From: Enoplolaimus lenunculus
Lineage: Eukaryota
Direction of reading: 5' to 3'
NCBI GenBank assembly: GCA_030248215.1
Contig: JASANG010003092.1
Span: 620,001 to 684,000 of the forward strand
Length of the DNA stretch: 64,000 bases
Below, one piece after another: positions 39,915-52,782 of the stretch (its first letter is position 1; every line of letters starts with the position of its first letter). Position numbers and translations under genes: made by a program. The notes beneath the pieces are model-generated. The model was not told the origin of the DNA. It made no database searches and saw nothing but the letters and a program-made list of their open reading frames with translations.

Positions 39915-42900
39915 ATGCTGCAGCTAAGTGACCGTTTAGCCAGATTTTTCTACTGGTATGGCGGTGCGGTGGTGTACAAATATTGGTTTTCGCTTATCAT
40001 AGCATCGTTTGCATTGACCGGCGCGTGTTCTTGCGGTTATTTGTTTCTTTATGACCGATTTGCAGAAAATATGGTTAACGTTTTCTTGCCGGCTCACGGT
40101 CGTGGTCAAGATGAACATACGGTAAGTTTAAGTCATGTGTTCTGGTAATCGCAAAACAGAATTTTGTTACTTAATGTTTTCGAAAATTCATCTAATTTTT
40201 CTCTTGTCTACCAAAAAATATTGACCACCTATTGAAATTTAGGATGTTGTACATTGTCCTCCATATTAAAAATTAAGGCTTAGATTTAGGCTTAAGAAAC
40301 GTCTTTAGGAAAAGGCTTCAGCGTGGACCGGTTTACGAAGTCCTTTTACGAAACCTAAGTCTACGCCCTGAGTCTGTCGGGTTCTTTTCAGGATCCAAAA
40401 TTGGACCGTCTCATTGAAAAATCATTTCGCCACAGTTGTAAGACCATAGCATAGCCAAAACGTAAAAGTATCTCATACTGCCCTGCCCTGGTATCCCGCC
40501 CTATTTCAATGCGTCATTGATAAGGCTTGCGCATATTGCGCCGTACATGGCTCTCTACAGTGTTCGTTGAAATGATTTGAAATGTTAGGAAAAACACGTT
40601 TTCCAATTAATTTTCATTGTGTCGTGATTTTTATGCCATTTCAAATCTATAAAACTTTCAGAAAACTTTGTTTGTTTAAATGTTTGCCAGCCCCGTGACC
40701 AGCCAACCTTGCTAGTGGGAGGGCTAAAAAATTTTCAGGAGGGGCATTTAAAGGTTGTTAATCCTTGCCCCCCCCCTTGGGTACGGGCCCGATATTTGCT
40801 CATGTAGGCTTTTTTCGTGGAATGGCATCCGAAGTTCACTTCAACGATTTCGTACACCGTTGTATACTACCAACATACACCGCACCATATTAACACTTAG
40901 TGTTGCACTATAATTGGTTGTAAGGCGCCGTCCATCACCATACGGTATCGCAAGGGGGTAATCCGCGTGCGATACCGCACCATGACGGACGGCGCCTTCG
41001 GCACCGAACGGCGGTGAACAGTCGGCGCCGGACTGCATTGTGAAAACTAAAGAGTATAGCACAACCGTTATACGTGCTATCCTCTAAATTACGTATCGTT
41101 GGCCTTCCAGCTTTATTAACATTGATAAGTAGTAATACCAGTGGCAGAATTTATCATAAGAAACTTTTCTTAGGTGAAAAAAATGTATGATAAGGCGAAT
41201 TTTTCGTTCCTATCATAAGTCATTTTCTGACAGTGGCTTGTGAGTGGTATTTGTTTACTTTCCACCCACATAAGGCCTCCTACTCCCACATAACTAACCT
41301 GAGCCTAAACCTAAACCTCACATCCTGACAATAAGGCTAAGGATAAGCCTACACTTAGGCCTAGGCATCAAAAGCCGGAGCCTTGTTTACAGATTCTCAA
41401 ACGACATTGGCCGCTAGATCCTGACAATTTTCGGCCTGGAACCAACTTTGACTCGATATACTGGGCCGATATTCGTACACGAGCGTTGACGGAAAGTGGA
41501 AATTTTTTGAACGAAACGTTCAATGATGCGTTGTATGACGTTGACAAACACATCCGTAAAAATATAATGTAAATGCAGTTTTTATCGCATCTACGGCACC
41601 GTATAACCGTGGAACAACGTTACCTGGTGTACGCAGGTTTTTGTGGAGTCTGCATCCAGTAAATTGGAATATGTTCCAGCAGATTTGACAGTGTGAATCG
41701 TACAAAGAACATTTTTTACAATTGCATTAAACTGTTTACCCGAGTGTATACTCACGTTGATAATTTCTTACTCGGGTCGTGTTTACCCGAAGGTACCCGC
41801 GAGTCGAGTACAATTCTGCAGCTCCACCGCGTTCCTTGAATTCATTTATGAATTTTTGCTGCAAAATTTGCGGTACTTGTTTACGTTCTCAGCGAGCGGA
41901 TGATTAAGTCTCAGACTCCTCAGCCCAATCCTAAATCGAAGTTTTGCCAAAATCGTAAAATTTAAATAACTCTACTTTTGAACTGTATGAGAGCCAAATA
42001 TGAAATATTTAACTGGTAATTTTAGAGTTAAAGATCCTTCAAACACCTCAATACAGTACACATTCGACGATGTATGTTTACGGAAATACGGCACGTGTCA
42101 TCGAAATACACATTTAAATTTTTTAAAATTCCGCTCAGCATGGGGTCAATATTTTGATCTAACGTACCCTAGGGCGGATCGAAACGGAACGCCGCGGTAT
42201 ATTGCAAACTCCGTTGGAGGGGTGACGCTCAACGATAGCGAGGGTCACATTTCTGTAATCAAGGGGGTCCGGCTGATGTATTATTTGAAAAATGACCCCG
42301 AAAGCATGCGATGGGTAAACAGGGCATGGCTACGAACAGTGACCGAGTATATTGTTAACTATCGTTCACACCTGATAGAGGTAACGATTGTTAAGCCGAA
42401 GTTTGCGCGTAAGATTTCATTTTAGCAATTTCTGCAATTTTTAGGCCAAGTTTTAGGATATTGCAAAGTTTTGGAAGAATTCAGTTGCGGAATGAGCATT
42501 GTTTTAACCAGAGGTCAGTCAGACCAAACCATTAGGTCAACAAAAATTCAATATCCACACGCTGGGACTCTCGCGTGTGGAAAGATCCCTTCATTTTGGG
42601 AGTAAGTATGGGAGACGCTTGTTCCAACTACACGGTCTGCATGACCCCTGTTTCAAGGTTTGCCCAAAACTAAGGACCACGCCGGGAATCGAACCTCGGC
42701 CCTCTTGCGTTCGAGTCAACCATGTTGCCACTACACTATGTGGTCGATTGCAGGTATAAGTGCACATGTATAATATGGCAATCTATGCCATTGCATACAC
42801 ATATAGCGCAAACATTCCCAAAGCCGGAGCAGCCACCTTACATACCTCCATTTGGAAAAGGGCCCACCCTCAAAGAGGCCCCACCTTAACCAGCTGTAAC

Positions 42901-45900
42901 AAAACCACCGAAATTTTAACATGCGTCTGGCTTCTCGGTCCGTTCGTTCGTGAGTTGGGGTCCCCACCCTGGAGTTTGAGATGACTCCCCACCTTGGAGT
43001 TTGGGGTGAGTCCCCACCCTGGAGTTTTAGTGTGAGCCCACACCCCTGTCTGCTCCGGCACTGCATATACCGACAACGCTGAAAACCGCACTGAATTTTA
43101 CTGCCCAAAAGTAAGCCTTGTTTTTCAGCTGGCAATGTTTCATTCATACTCGTTGCACGAAGGAATGATTGAGAACAGTGTGGAATTAGTGCCAAAGTTT
43201 ACATTTGCGTTTATTACATTGACAGCGTTTTCATTGCTGTGCAGCTATCAATATTTGAATCTCGATGAAGAAACCAAACTCAAACACGGGATTTCGTTTG
43301 TGCCAGACTGGCGAACAAGCAAGCCTAATCTGGCACTGGGTATAAAAACATAAAGATGTAAATTGTTTAATAAAAGCTTGGATTAATACAACTTCTACAA
43401 TATCATGCCTATATGACCAGGTAACATTTAAGGGAATACTGTGCATGGACACTGAAGCTTGTTTGGCTTCAGTAACCTGGATACTGAAGCTTCTTGGCGT
43501 CAGTATCCAGGACTATGAAGGTAAGAAAGCTTAGGTGTCCGGGATATCGAAGCTTTTTAGCTTCAGAGTCTATCACATTACCTTGTCAAAAGTTACCTTG
43601 TGTACGCATGATATTGTGGATGCTGCATAATTGTGGAAAAATAATCTTCGTATCGATAAGACGAACAATCCTACATTTTTAGCCGGAAAGTTTCCGCTGT
43701 ACAAACCAACAACAATGTTTTTTGTTAAGAGGTGAAATCTTCAAAACGAACTATTCTTAATGATACTTCTAAACGTACAGTTTCTAGCAAACGGATCAAT
43801 TTCATTATATTTTCAAGTTGACGCTTTCTCTCAGCTTTATGGTTAATAGGTTTAGGCTCAGAATGAGGCTTAGGAATACATTGCCTATTGCCCACGCCTA
43901 TTGAGCATTTTATTGAGCCTAAGCCCGAGCGTAACGCTTATACGTAAGCGTTAAAATTTTAAAATGTGGGAAGGAAAGTGTACAAACCGCAGTGTACGTT
44001 TCTTGTTTTAGCTGGTATTCTTTGTGCTGGTATGGGAATTTTGAGTTCAATGGGTGGCATTTTGCTCACCGGAATTTTGGAGTACAACACCATTGTATCC
44101 GTGATGCCGTTTTTAGTTATATGTAAGTTCTTCTGTAGTATCAATTCTGTCAAATAAATGTCGTAGGCCAAGATATAACACCATTAAAGCAGGGTCGCGA
44201 TTAGGGTACCGCATCCGGTGCCCCGTTCAAGAGATGGCGCTCACGAGAAGCCAAATACGGATGAATATTGTAGCGCTTAACTTGAATTGTGCCCAGGGAT
44301 CAAAAACTTTTTGAAATCGGACTTCTGACAAATCGGTTAAGTAGGGGGGGGGGCGCGTTGGCCCGTAGCCAAGGCCCGCCAGGAAGCGCAAACTTACTAC
44401 GGGCCTAGGGCCACGTCACTCTGACTTAAAATAAATTTTCTAGCAATTGGTATCGATGATATGTTTATTATGTTGGCCGCTTGGCGAAGATTTTCCGAAT
44501 TCGAATCCAATCTTGAACTACGGATTCGGTTAACGATGTCTCATTCTGCGGTCAGCATTACGATTACTTCAGTCACAGACGCGTTATCGTTTGGGATTGG
44601 AGCAATTACTCCAGTACCGGCTGTTAGAGTAAGCGCAACATTTAACCCCTTCTCACATTGAGTTGCCTATAGGCAACCTAGCGCAGTATATATACGGTAA
44701 ATAATATATATCGCACCGTGTTTAACATTTGCAACACGTATACATAGTACTAAATCACCACAAGACGTGAGAGCCCCCTCGGGCTCGAGCGTCAAGCTCC
44801 TATAGCTGAGTGGTGATGGTATACGCCTCCCGCTCCAGTCACCGGAGTTCGAATCCTAGCATAAAAGTAGGTCTCAGAGGAAATAGAAAATATTCATGTG
44901 AGAAAGGGTTAATATTTTGCATAACTTCAAAATTAGCAGGGATGCAGCCGCAACAACGCAGAAAAATGTGCTGAATTTTGAACTTCACCGTACACTGGTT
45001 CGAAAACTACAAAACCTAGCTTATGATAGTTGCTACACACGCACTTGAAAATACGGACCAAGATATCTACAAGCAACTTAACCCATCATCAAGCTGATCA
45101 ATCTATTTAACAATATATTTAAAAGATTTCAAATTATAATATTAATATTGTAAACATTTTAGACGTTTTGCATTTACACTGCAGTTGCTATTTTGTTCAC
45201 ATTCCTGTATCAGATCACATTTTTCTCTGGATTCATGGTGTATTGCGGGCGCAGAGAACTGCATAATCGACATTGTCATAAAATATGGAGTCAAGTTGTA
45301 CCATTGAACGAAGCGGGTAAGAGTGTCAGCGCAGAGTTTGAACTACCATGTGTCTCGAGAAAGATTTTTACGGGGCGGGGCTTAACCATAAGAGCGTTAG
45401 CAATGAGGGCCCATGTAAAGATCAGGGGCGGAAGGTTTTTCTGTTAGACTAGAAAAGAGTAAGCTTAAGTGTTAGACTAATTTTTCTGCTAGCTTAGGCT
45501 TAGGCTTAGGAATATGCTCATTCTTACGCTTATGCTTAGGTTTAGGTTTAGGCTTAGGCTTAGGCTTAGGCTTAGGAATATGTTTATAATACTATTCCAC
45601 CCCTGTTCTTTACATTGGCCGCAATCAGTGATGTGATAAGAAAGATTGGCATGGAATTCCCTTTGTGGTTGGAGTTTAAATTACATGTTCTGTGCAGTGT
45701 ATAAAATATATAAATCTGATTCATGATTACAGTTGCCATAGAACCAATTTTACCTTATGTAATATATATTTTAGCAAACAGTGCAACAATAAACTCAGGA
45801 AGCAAACTGCAACTTTGCAATTAGGTATTTCATTTCGGTAGAACATAATTTTATGTAAACGTTTGTTGTGAGCAAGCGTGCCGATCGAGAACATTTCTAT

Positions 45901-46795
45901 AACTCCAATATTCATCAGTTTATTTCTGAAAACCCTGAAACATTTTTCTTGTCTACAAAATTTCATAGAGTATATAACCTTCCATTCCCTTCCTTGTATG
46001 CTCTAGCGCCTCTGCCAACTGAACAAACTCGGTTGTTCACTTGATTTAGTACTAAAACCTAAGCTCCGGTGAGAAATTTAATATGAAATCTAGTGATTGA
46101 GAAAGCTTTAGTGTAACGTATACAAATTCTTTTTAACCAATTAAATTCCAAAGAATTTTATTGTCCCAATGGTTCAATTTCGATTTGTCAACGAAATCTC
46201 GATGCAAATTGCCGCTAAAACGATTATCTTTTCTTTGTGATTCGGCTAAACTTCACGCGTAATAGTTTTAAATTTTGACATTTTAGCAAAATCTCGATAT
46301 GCGTTGATCTTTTGTGCCGGATCTCTGTATCACGATGATAATATCGCTGAAGCCGGTGGATCGAAATGCTCTGAAGGAATTGCAAAAGCGCACTCTGTGA
46401 ACCGTTTTTGTTCTATGTTCTGCAAGCGTAGCTTGGTTAAGCCAATTGCTATGCTTAAAAATAGCAACAATAATTGCAATGGAACAATTGATAGCAATAA
46501 CAAAAATAGCAACATTGTCAACAAAAGCAACACAGTCGCCGTTGCAGCAAATCTTGACATATCTCAGTTTAATTCTGAACCGGACAGTAGACATGATGTT
46601 GGTACTAATGCCAATAAAATCGACACAAACGACGACAGAAATAAGCACATTAACCAAAACAACAACTACAACAACTACAACTATAACAGCAGCAACAATA
46701 ATACTAGTGCCATTAACAAACAGCACAACCACGACAGCAAGAACAGCAACAACAATAACAGTAACTACTGCAACAATAACACCATCAACAACAGC

Positions 46796-46862
<67 letters not shown>

Positions 46863-46864
46863 GC

Positions 46865-46954
<90 letters not shown>

Positions 46955-47299
46955 AATAACAACAACAACAGCCACCACTGCAACAGCAGCATCAGCATCA
47001 ACAACAACAACAGCCACCACTGCAACAGCAACATCAGCATCAACAACAAAAACAGCAGCAACAACAACAAGAACAACAACAACGGCAACAACCGATGTGG
47101 CAACAACAACATTAACAATTACAAAAACCACAGCGACACCAGCACCAACAACGACAAAAACAACAACAAATACAACAACCGTAGCAACGACGACAACAAC
47201 AACAACAACAACAACAAATATAACAACGACAACACCAACAACAACAACGACAACAATAAAATTAACGCTAACATAAATAATTATAAACATAATTATACT

Positions 47300-47345
<46 letters not shown>

Positions 47346-50300
47346 CAACCGGTAACGCACCACCGAACAGTTCCACAAGAACACCATCAGATCCAGTGCG
47401 TTTATACGAGTCTGCAATGGACAAAAGTGCATTTTCAGTATTTTTTCGTAACCATTTTTCACCGTTTTTACTCAACCCAATTAACGCATGCTTAACAGTC
47501 GCATTGTATGTGACGTATTTGATCGCTGGACTGGTCGGATGTATGCGAATTCGTGAAGGACTCGAACCAAAAAGTATCATTTCACAACGGCATCATGTGA
47601 TCAAATGGTGAGCAAGAAACGGGTCTGTAGCCAGAGGCGGACAAGGGTTTCCGCCTTTTGGAACAAAATTTTCCTGCGCCAGAGAAGTTTCAACCTCGCT
47701 TGTAAATTTTGTGAACACCTTGCATGCCCGTCTTGAAAAATATTTAGCCTCATCTGGCTTGGTGAGCTTGGTACAGGAATGAAGCGAAGCGTTTGAGAAG
47801 AGCTAATGGAACTTTTAAATGTCGTAATTGTGAGTTTAAGCCAAGATGACGTTGAACGGTCAATTTTAGTCCAGGTTACCTGCAGGCTAGTAGTCAAAGA
47901 AAGACCGACGATAGGCTCTTTCCACGCGAGAAAAATTTCGGAATGGTTGCGCGGAATTGTATTTTGGGCATCAGCTTAAATTTCCGTTCCCATATGAAGA
48001 TGTAAACGATACTTGAGTAACCTCATTAAAGCGGCTTTATATTTTTCTACTGCAATGAAATTCACTGAAAATCAATCATCCTTACAACGTATTTGCGAGA
48101 AAACTATTCAACTTGTTGCAATATTTGCATTTGCCATTAAAGACAACAACTGAAACATTCTCCGCTATCTCTTTCCCGCACGAATGTTTTCTATTTCATC
48201 TGAAATTTAATGTCAAGTTAAGATTCGAACCCTCGTCACCATCGGAATATAACAGCATGATGCCATTCCGAACTACACAAACGCTTTGTGTTAGACAAAG
48301 AGTGTTGTTCGCGTTCATAGTTTGCGCTTTATAGTTGCTCGTAGTATACTCTATGAGGGAAAAGGTTTATTATTTTAGGTATGACATCACCGAAGATTTA
48401 TTCTGGCGCGAAGGTCCAGCGATGCAAATTGTTATCAACAATCCACCGGACCTGACCCGACCCGAGCATCGGGCTCAACTAATGAGAACGGTTCGAAGTT
48501 TTGAAGGCAGTCGGCATTCAATGGAGGGTAACTCAACTCATTTTTGGATCGACGATTATTTGTGGTATTTGTCGAAGATTGGCTACGATATTCGCAGTGA
48601 TGAAATTGATACTGAAGTCATTTGGAATGCACGGCTGTATTATTGGGCAAATGTTGGTAAGCATGTTTCTCAACGGCACGATTGGAGTTTTCATGTTGCC
48701 CGCAAACCAGTGGCATACACCAAAACGGCAATAACAGAGTACATGTCCCTTCGAAATTGCATTATATCCGACTTCCAGTCAGGGACATATACAACGAGAG
48801 GGATATAGTAGATATATCCATCTCAAAAATTTCTAGAGTGACAAAAAAACAGTATTTCTTAACTATCTTTAAACATCTTCACATTAAATATACCCCTCAC
48901 CCCCCTCAAATTAAAATCTCGTCTACGCCTTTGCCAGGCATACCTGTGAACGTCCAATGAGCACAGAAAGAAATTTTATATTTGAAAGGTTTAAAAATAC
49001 CATAAAACTCTAAAGCAATATTTTTTCAGAATCAGTGGATTGAAATGTCCCTGTCGGCTCTGTGTCCGCCTTTCACTGATTTATACGCAAAGGCACCAAC
49101 CACCTTAAGGCATATATATATGTCCGATTTAATCCAATAACTTACATCAAGTTTGCTGTTTATGATTTCAATCATTGTTTCGATTCATATTCAGGAACGT
49201 CTTGCTTTAGACTGAAACTTATCCTAATGCTTATGATTATTAGGCTTTGGTATAGTTTTTAGTCTTATCTTAACGTTTGGGCTTAGGCTTTGGCTTAGGT
49301 TTAAGAATATGCGTAGGCGTAGTTCTAGCAGGATCCTAGTCTTGAAACTAACACTTAAGTTTATTGGTAGGGTTAAGAACACGTTTAGTGCAACGTGTGC
49401 CCTACTAAAGGTTAACTTGATCCTTATTTTAATTAGGTATCGGATCAAAATCGTGGGTAGACGATTTTGTTTGGACACACGACGAGAGAACAGCCCGGTA
49501 CAAGCTTACCGCGTTTCGACTCCGCGTTGGGCTGAGGCATTTCATGAAACCTCAAGATCAGCGCTCGGCGTGTGAACTGATCCGGCGAATTGCGGACGCG
49601 CAGCCGAAATATAACATTTCGTTGTTCAATCCGTACTGTGTGTTTGTCGGTATGTTTGAATAACAATTGAGTGTTAAATATCTGTTACTTGTTCAACTTC
49701 ACTAATTTGATAGAAGTTAAAGTTTTACACGTACCAGTAGTTCCTTTGCCGCTGTCATATATTAGCCGGCCAATCACTGACAATTTAGAAAAATTTATTC
49801 ATTATTTCGATTTTTATTTGACGGTTAATGACTTATCAGTAGTTCCTTTGGCGCTGTCATATATTAGCCGGCCAATCACTGACAATTCAGAAAAAATTCA
49901 TTATTTCGATTTTTATTTGACGGTTAATGACTTATCAGTAGTTCCTTTGGCACTGTCATATATTAGCCGGCCAATCACTGACAATTTAGAAAAATTTATT
50001 CATTATTTCGATTTTTATTTGACGGTTAATGACTTATCAGTAGTTCCTTTGGCACTGTCATATATTAGCCGGCCAATCACTGACAATTTAGAAAAAATTC
50101 ATTATTTCGATTTTTATTTGACGGTTAATGACTTATCAGTAGTTCCTTTGGCACTGTCATATATTAGCCGGCCAATCACTGACAATTTAGAAAAATTTAT
50201 TCATTATTTCGATTTTTATTTGACGGTTAATGACTTATCAGTAGTTCTGTTGGCGCTGTCATATATTAGCCGGCCAATCACTGACAATTCAGAAAAAATT

Positions 50301-52485
50301 CATTATTTCGATTTTTATTTGACGGTTAATGACTTATCAGTAGTTCCTTTGGCGCTGTCATATATTAGCCGGCCAATCACTGACAATTTAGAAAAAATTC
50401 ATTATTTCGATTTTTATTTGACGGTTAATGACTTATCAGTAGTTCCTTTGGCGCTGTCATATATTAGCCGGCCAATCACTGACAATTTAGAAAAATAAAT
50501 TCATTATTTCGATTTTTATTTGACGGTTAATGACTTATCAGTAGTTCCTTTGGCACTGTCATATATTAGTTGGCCAATCACTAACAATTTAGAAAAATAA
50601 ATTCATTATTTCGATTTGTATTTGACGGTTAATGACTTATCAATAGTTCCTTTGGCACTGTCATACATTAGTCGGCCAATCACTGACAATTTAGAAAAAT
50701 AAATTCATTATTTCGATTATTTGACGGTTAATGACTTATCAGTAGTTCCTTTGGCACTGTCATATATTAGCCGGCCAATCACTGACAATTTAAAAAAATA
50801 AATTCATTATTTCGATTTTTATTTGACGGTTAATGACTTATCAGTTGTTCCTTTGGCGCTGTCATATATTAGCCGGCCAATCACTGACAATTTAGAAAAA
50901 TAAATTCATTATTTCGATTTGTATTTGACGGTTAATGACTTATCAGTGGTTCCTTTGGCACTGTCATACATTGGTCGGCCAATCACTGACAATTTAGAAA
51001 AATGAATTCATTATTTCGATTTGTATTTGACGGTTAATGACTTATCAGTAGTTCCTTTGGCGCTGTCATATGTCAGCCGGCCAATCACTGACAATTTAGA
51101 AAAACAATTTCATTATTTCGATTTGTATTTAACGGTTAATGACTTATCCACCACTCCTGACACCAGTGGCAACTGTTTTGGAAACTTAGGAGCCGAGCGT
51201 TTAGGTAAATTTGCAAAAAATGTATTTTAGCATATTTATTCGGCTAAAACGCCCGAATTATCTGATGTTTCAGATCAATACCAAATTATTTTACCCAATA
51301 CACTTCAAAATATTGGTATAGCATTGGTAAGTATGATGGCGATTGCGTTTCTGCTCATCCCCGATCTCTACTGTGCGTTTTTGGTAACGCTTTCAATTGC
51401 GTCTATTGATATTGGTGTTATCGGTTATATGACTTGGTGGAATGTCAATTTAGACGCGATATCGATGATAAGTATCGTTATGTCGATTGGTAAGTTTAGC
51501 ATACGTGAGTTTATTCACGTATAGGTTAAGAAGTGTTTACCTATAATGTCGACGCTTGGAAATTTGTCAAATTCCCTAGGGTTAACCTAAGGCTATGACA
51601 TTTTTTGTGGAAGCTAGCGATCGTTATTGTGAAAGGCAGAGATATATTGTCCCATACATTCGAGTTGCAACACGGTAAACAAATGACGAATCTACGGAGG
51701 TTCCAGTGATTTGCTGTTTCACAGGGGTGACACAAAACCGATTTCTTTCAAGATTTGGTTCTCAAATTGCGTTAGTTTTCTCGTGTATGCTGTCGCCTCG
51801 GAAGTTTTCTAATCCGCAAAGTCTTATCGAGTTTACGATGGTATCACGGCAAATGCTATATTTTTGGTTGTAGTGATTAACTCTGTCTTACATGAACATT
51901 TTCGATTTCATCTGAGATCGCAAAGACTCGACCAACCCCGGGTTATCGTGTGAAAGCCGTGGATTGTCAACGCTTAGCTATCAGAGCTCGTACGCTGTTT
52001 ACTGAACGTTTCTTATAGTATACCCAACTGGTAGCGTGTTAATCTGTACTATGTTGGTTTCAGGCTTCGCGGTCGACTTATCGGCACACATAGCGTACGC
52101 GTTCACCGTTGCTGAAGGGTCACCAGAAACGAAAATCGCCCGAGCGTTAGCTGATTTAGGCTGGCCCGTATTGCAAGGAGCATTATCGACAATTTTAGGC
52201 ATCCTAGCGCTAGCATCACTCAAAGCATACGTTGTTGGAACGTTCTTCAAAACTGTTCTTTTAGTTATGGTGCTCGGAATGTTACATGGCTTAGTATTTT
52301 TACCGGTCCTTCTGACGTACGGTCTCAAATTTCGGCTAGCGTGGGCCAATTGGCGCATGCGGCGGCGTAAAACTCAGCGAAAATCAACCGCTAAACAACC
52401 GGAGCTTGTCACTCAACTGGATTCGGTTCAGCTACAACTAGAGTTGAAACCCGTCCGAACGCAAGTTCAACGTTTTAAACGATGA
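39915..52485 (+). CDS. Patched-related (PTR/PTCHD3-like) sterol-sensing-domain RND membrane protein, 1282 aa
   Basis: 12 exons: 39915-40121, 41393-41568, 42026-42380, 43129-43339, 44012-44122, 44444-44628, 45163-45316, 46287-47607, 48379-48656, 49437-49649, 51274-51489, 52064-52485; total 3849 nt, all phases compatible. Motifs SKPNLALAG, PFLVISIGIDDMFIML (TM4 acidic motif), SITITSVTDALSFGIG, YQITFF, NLDAISMISIVMSIGFAVDLSAHI, GWPVLQGALSTILG, LHGLVFLPVLL. Confidence 0.93.
42675..42745 (-). pseudogene. tRNA-like pseudogene, second copy of the same family (PTR intron 3)
   Basis: GACCACATAGTGTAGTGG...GGTTCGATTCCCGGCGTGGTC; acceptor stem 6/7, D stem 4/4, other stems broken. Confidence 0.7.
42953..43040. 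repeat. 25-bp tandem repeat, about 3.5 copies
   Basis: TCCCCACCCTGGAGTTTGRGRTGAS-like units starting at 42961, 42986, 43011. Confidence 0.8.
44796..44868 (+). pseudogene. Degenerate tRNA-derived sequence
   Basis: A-box TAGCTGAGTGG and B-box AGTTCGAATCC at tRNA-like spacing; stems degraded. Confidence 0.45.
45408..45620 (-). mobile_element. Telomere-repeat-carrying MITE (GGCC-TIR family), in PTR intron 7
   Basis: TIRs GGCCCATGTAAAGATCAGGGGCGGAA / TTCCACCCCTGTTCTTTACATTGGCC; TSD GCAATGAG vs GCAATCAG (7/8); two TTAGGC blocks. Confidence 0.88.
46640..47345 (+). repeat. Coding (AAC)n microsatellite / poly-Asn region in PTR exon 8
   Basis: Pure AAC runs at 46796-46861 (22 units) and 46865-46951 (29 units) plus degenerate flanks. 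Confidence 0.95.
49735..51148. repeat. Tandem satellite, 14 units of 99 or 102 bp, in PTR intron 10
   Basis: Unit starts at 49735, 49837, 49936, 50038, 50137, 50239, 50338, 50437, 50539, 50641, 50740, 50842, 50944, 51046; units nearly identical. Confidence 0.97.
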
Positions 52486-52782
52486 CGCCCACGTGAGCGC
52501 AAATTCAAAGATATACCAACAATAATTGCTACCGAAGCTGATGTGTAATTAAACGCTAATATGTCATACAGCTTATTTTGATACACGGCTAGAATCATGT
52601 CAAAATAAAACGCTGTTTTAAACGCTTTTTGTGTTGCAAACAGCGTTTTTTCAAAAGGCTTTTACGAACTCTGAAATGATTACCTTGCTTGTCAAAATGC
52701 TACCAAGCAACCGCTTTTACCATTTGTGAAAGCGTCAGTCTTTTGCATTTTTAACATAATTTGAACTCAAATCGATAACCTA

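Noticed and set aside
42675..42745. Functional tRNA-Ser(CGA)
   Set aside because: Anticodon and T stems each have two mismatches and there is no long variable arm.
45490..45580. True telomere or telomere-fusion scar
   Set aside because: Tracts are short, occur in both orientations through the window and are enclosed by TIRs and TSDs.
46283..47290. Poly-Thr (mucin-like), poly-Val and poly-Leu ORFs
   Set aside because: Alternative frames and strands of the AAC microsatellite; only the Asn frame joins the flanking PTR exons.
49671..50498. 275-aa repetitive ORF
   Set aside because: By-product of 99/102-bp satellite units inside PTR intron 10; GTG start, and TAA appears in later units.
49735..51148. 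CRISPR-like array
   Set aside because: No unique spacers (whole units repeat), no cas genes, and the context is eukaryotic.
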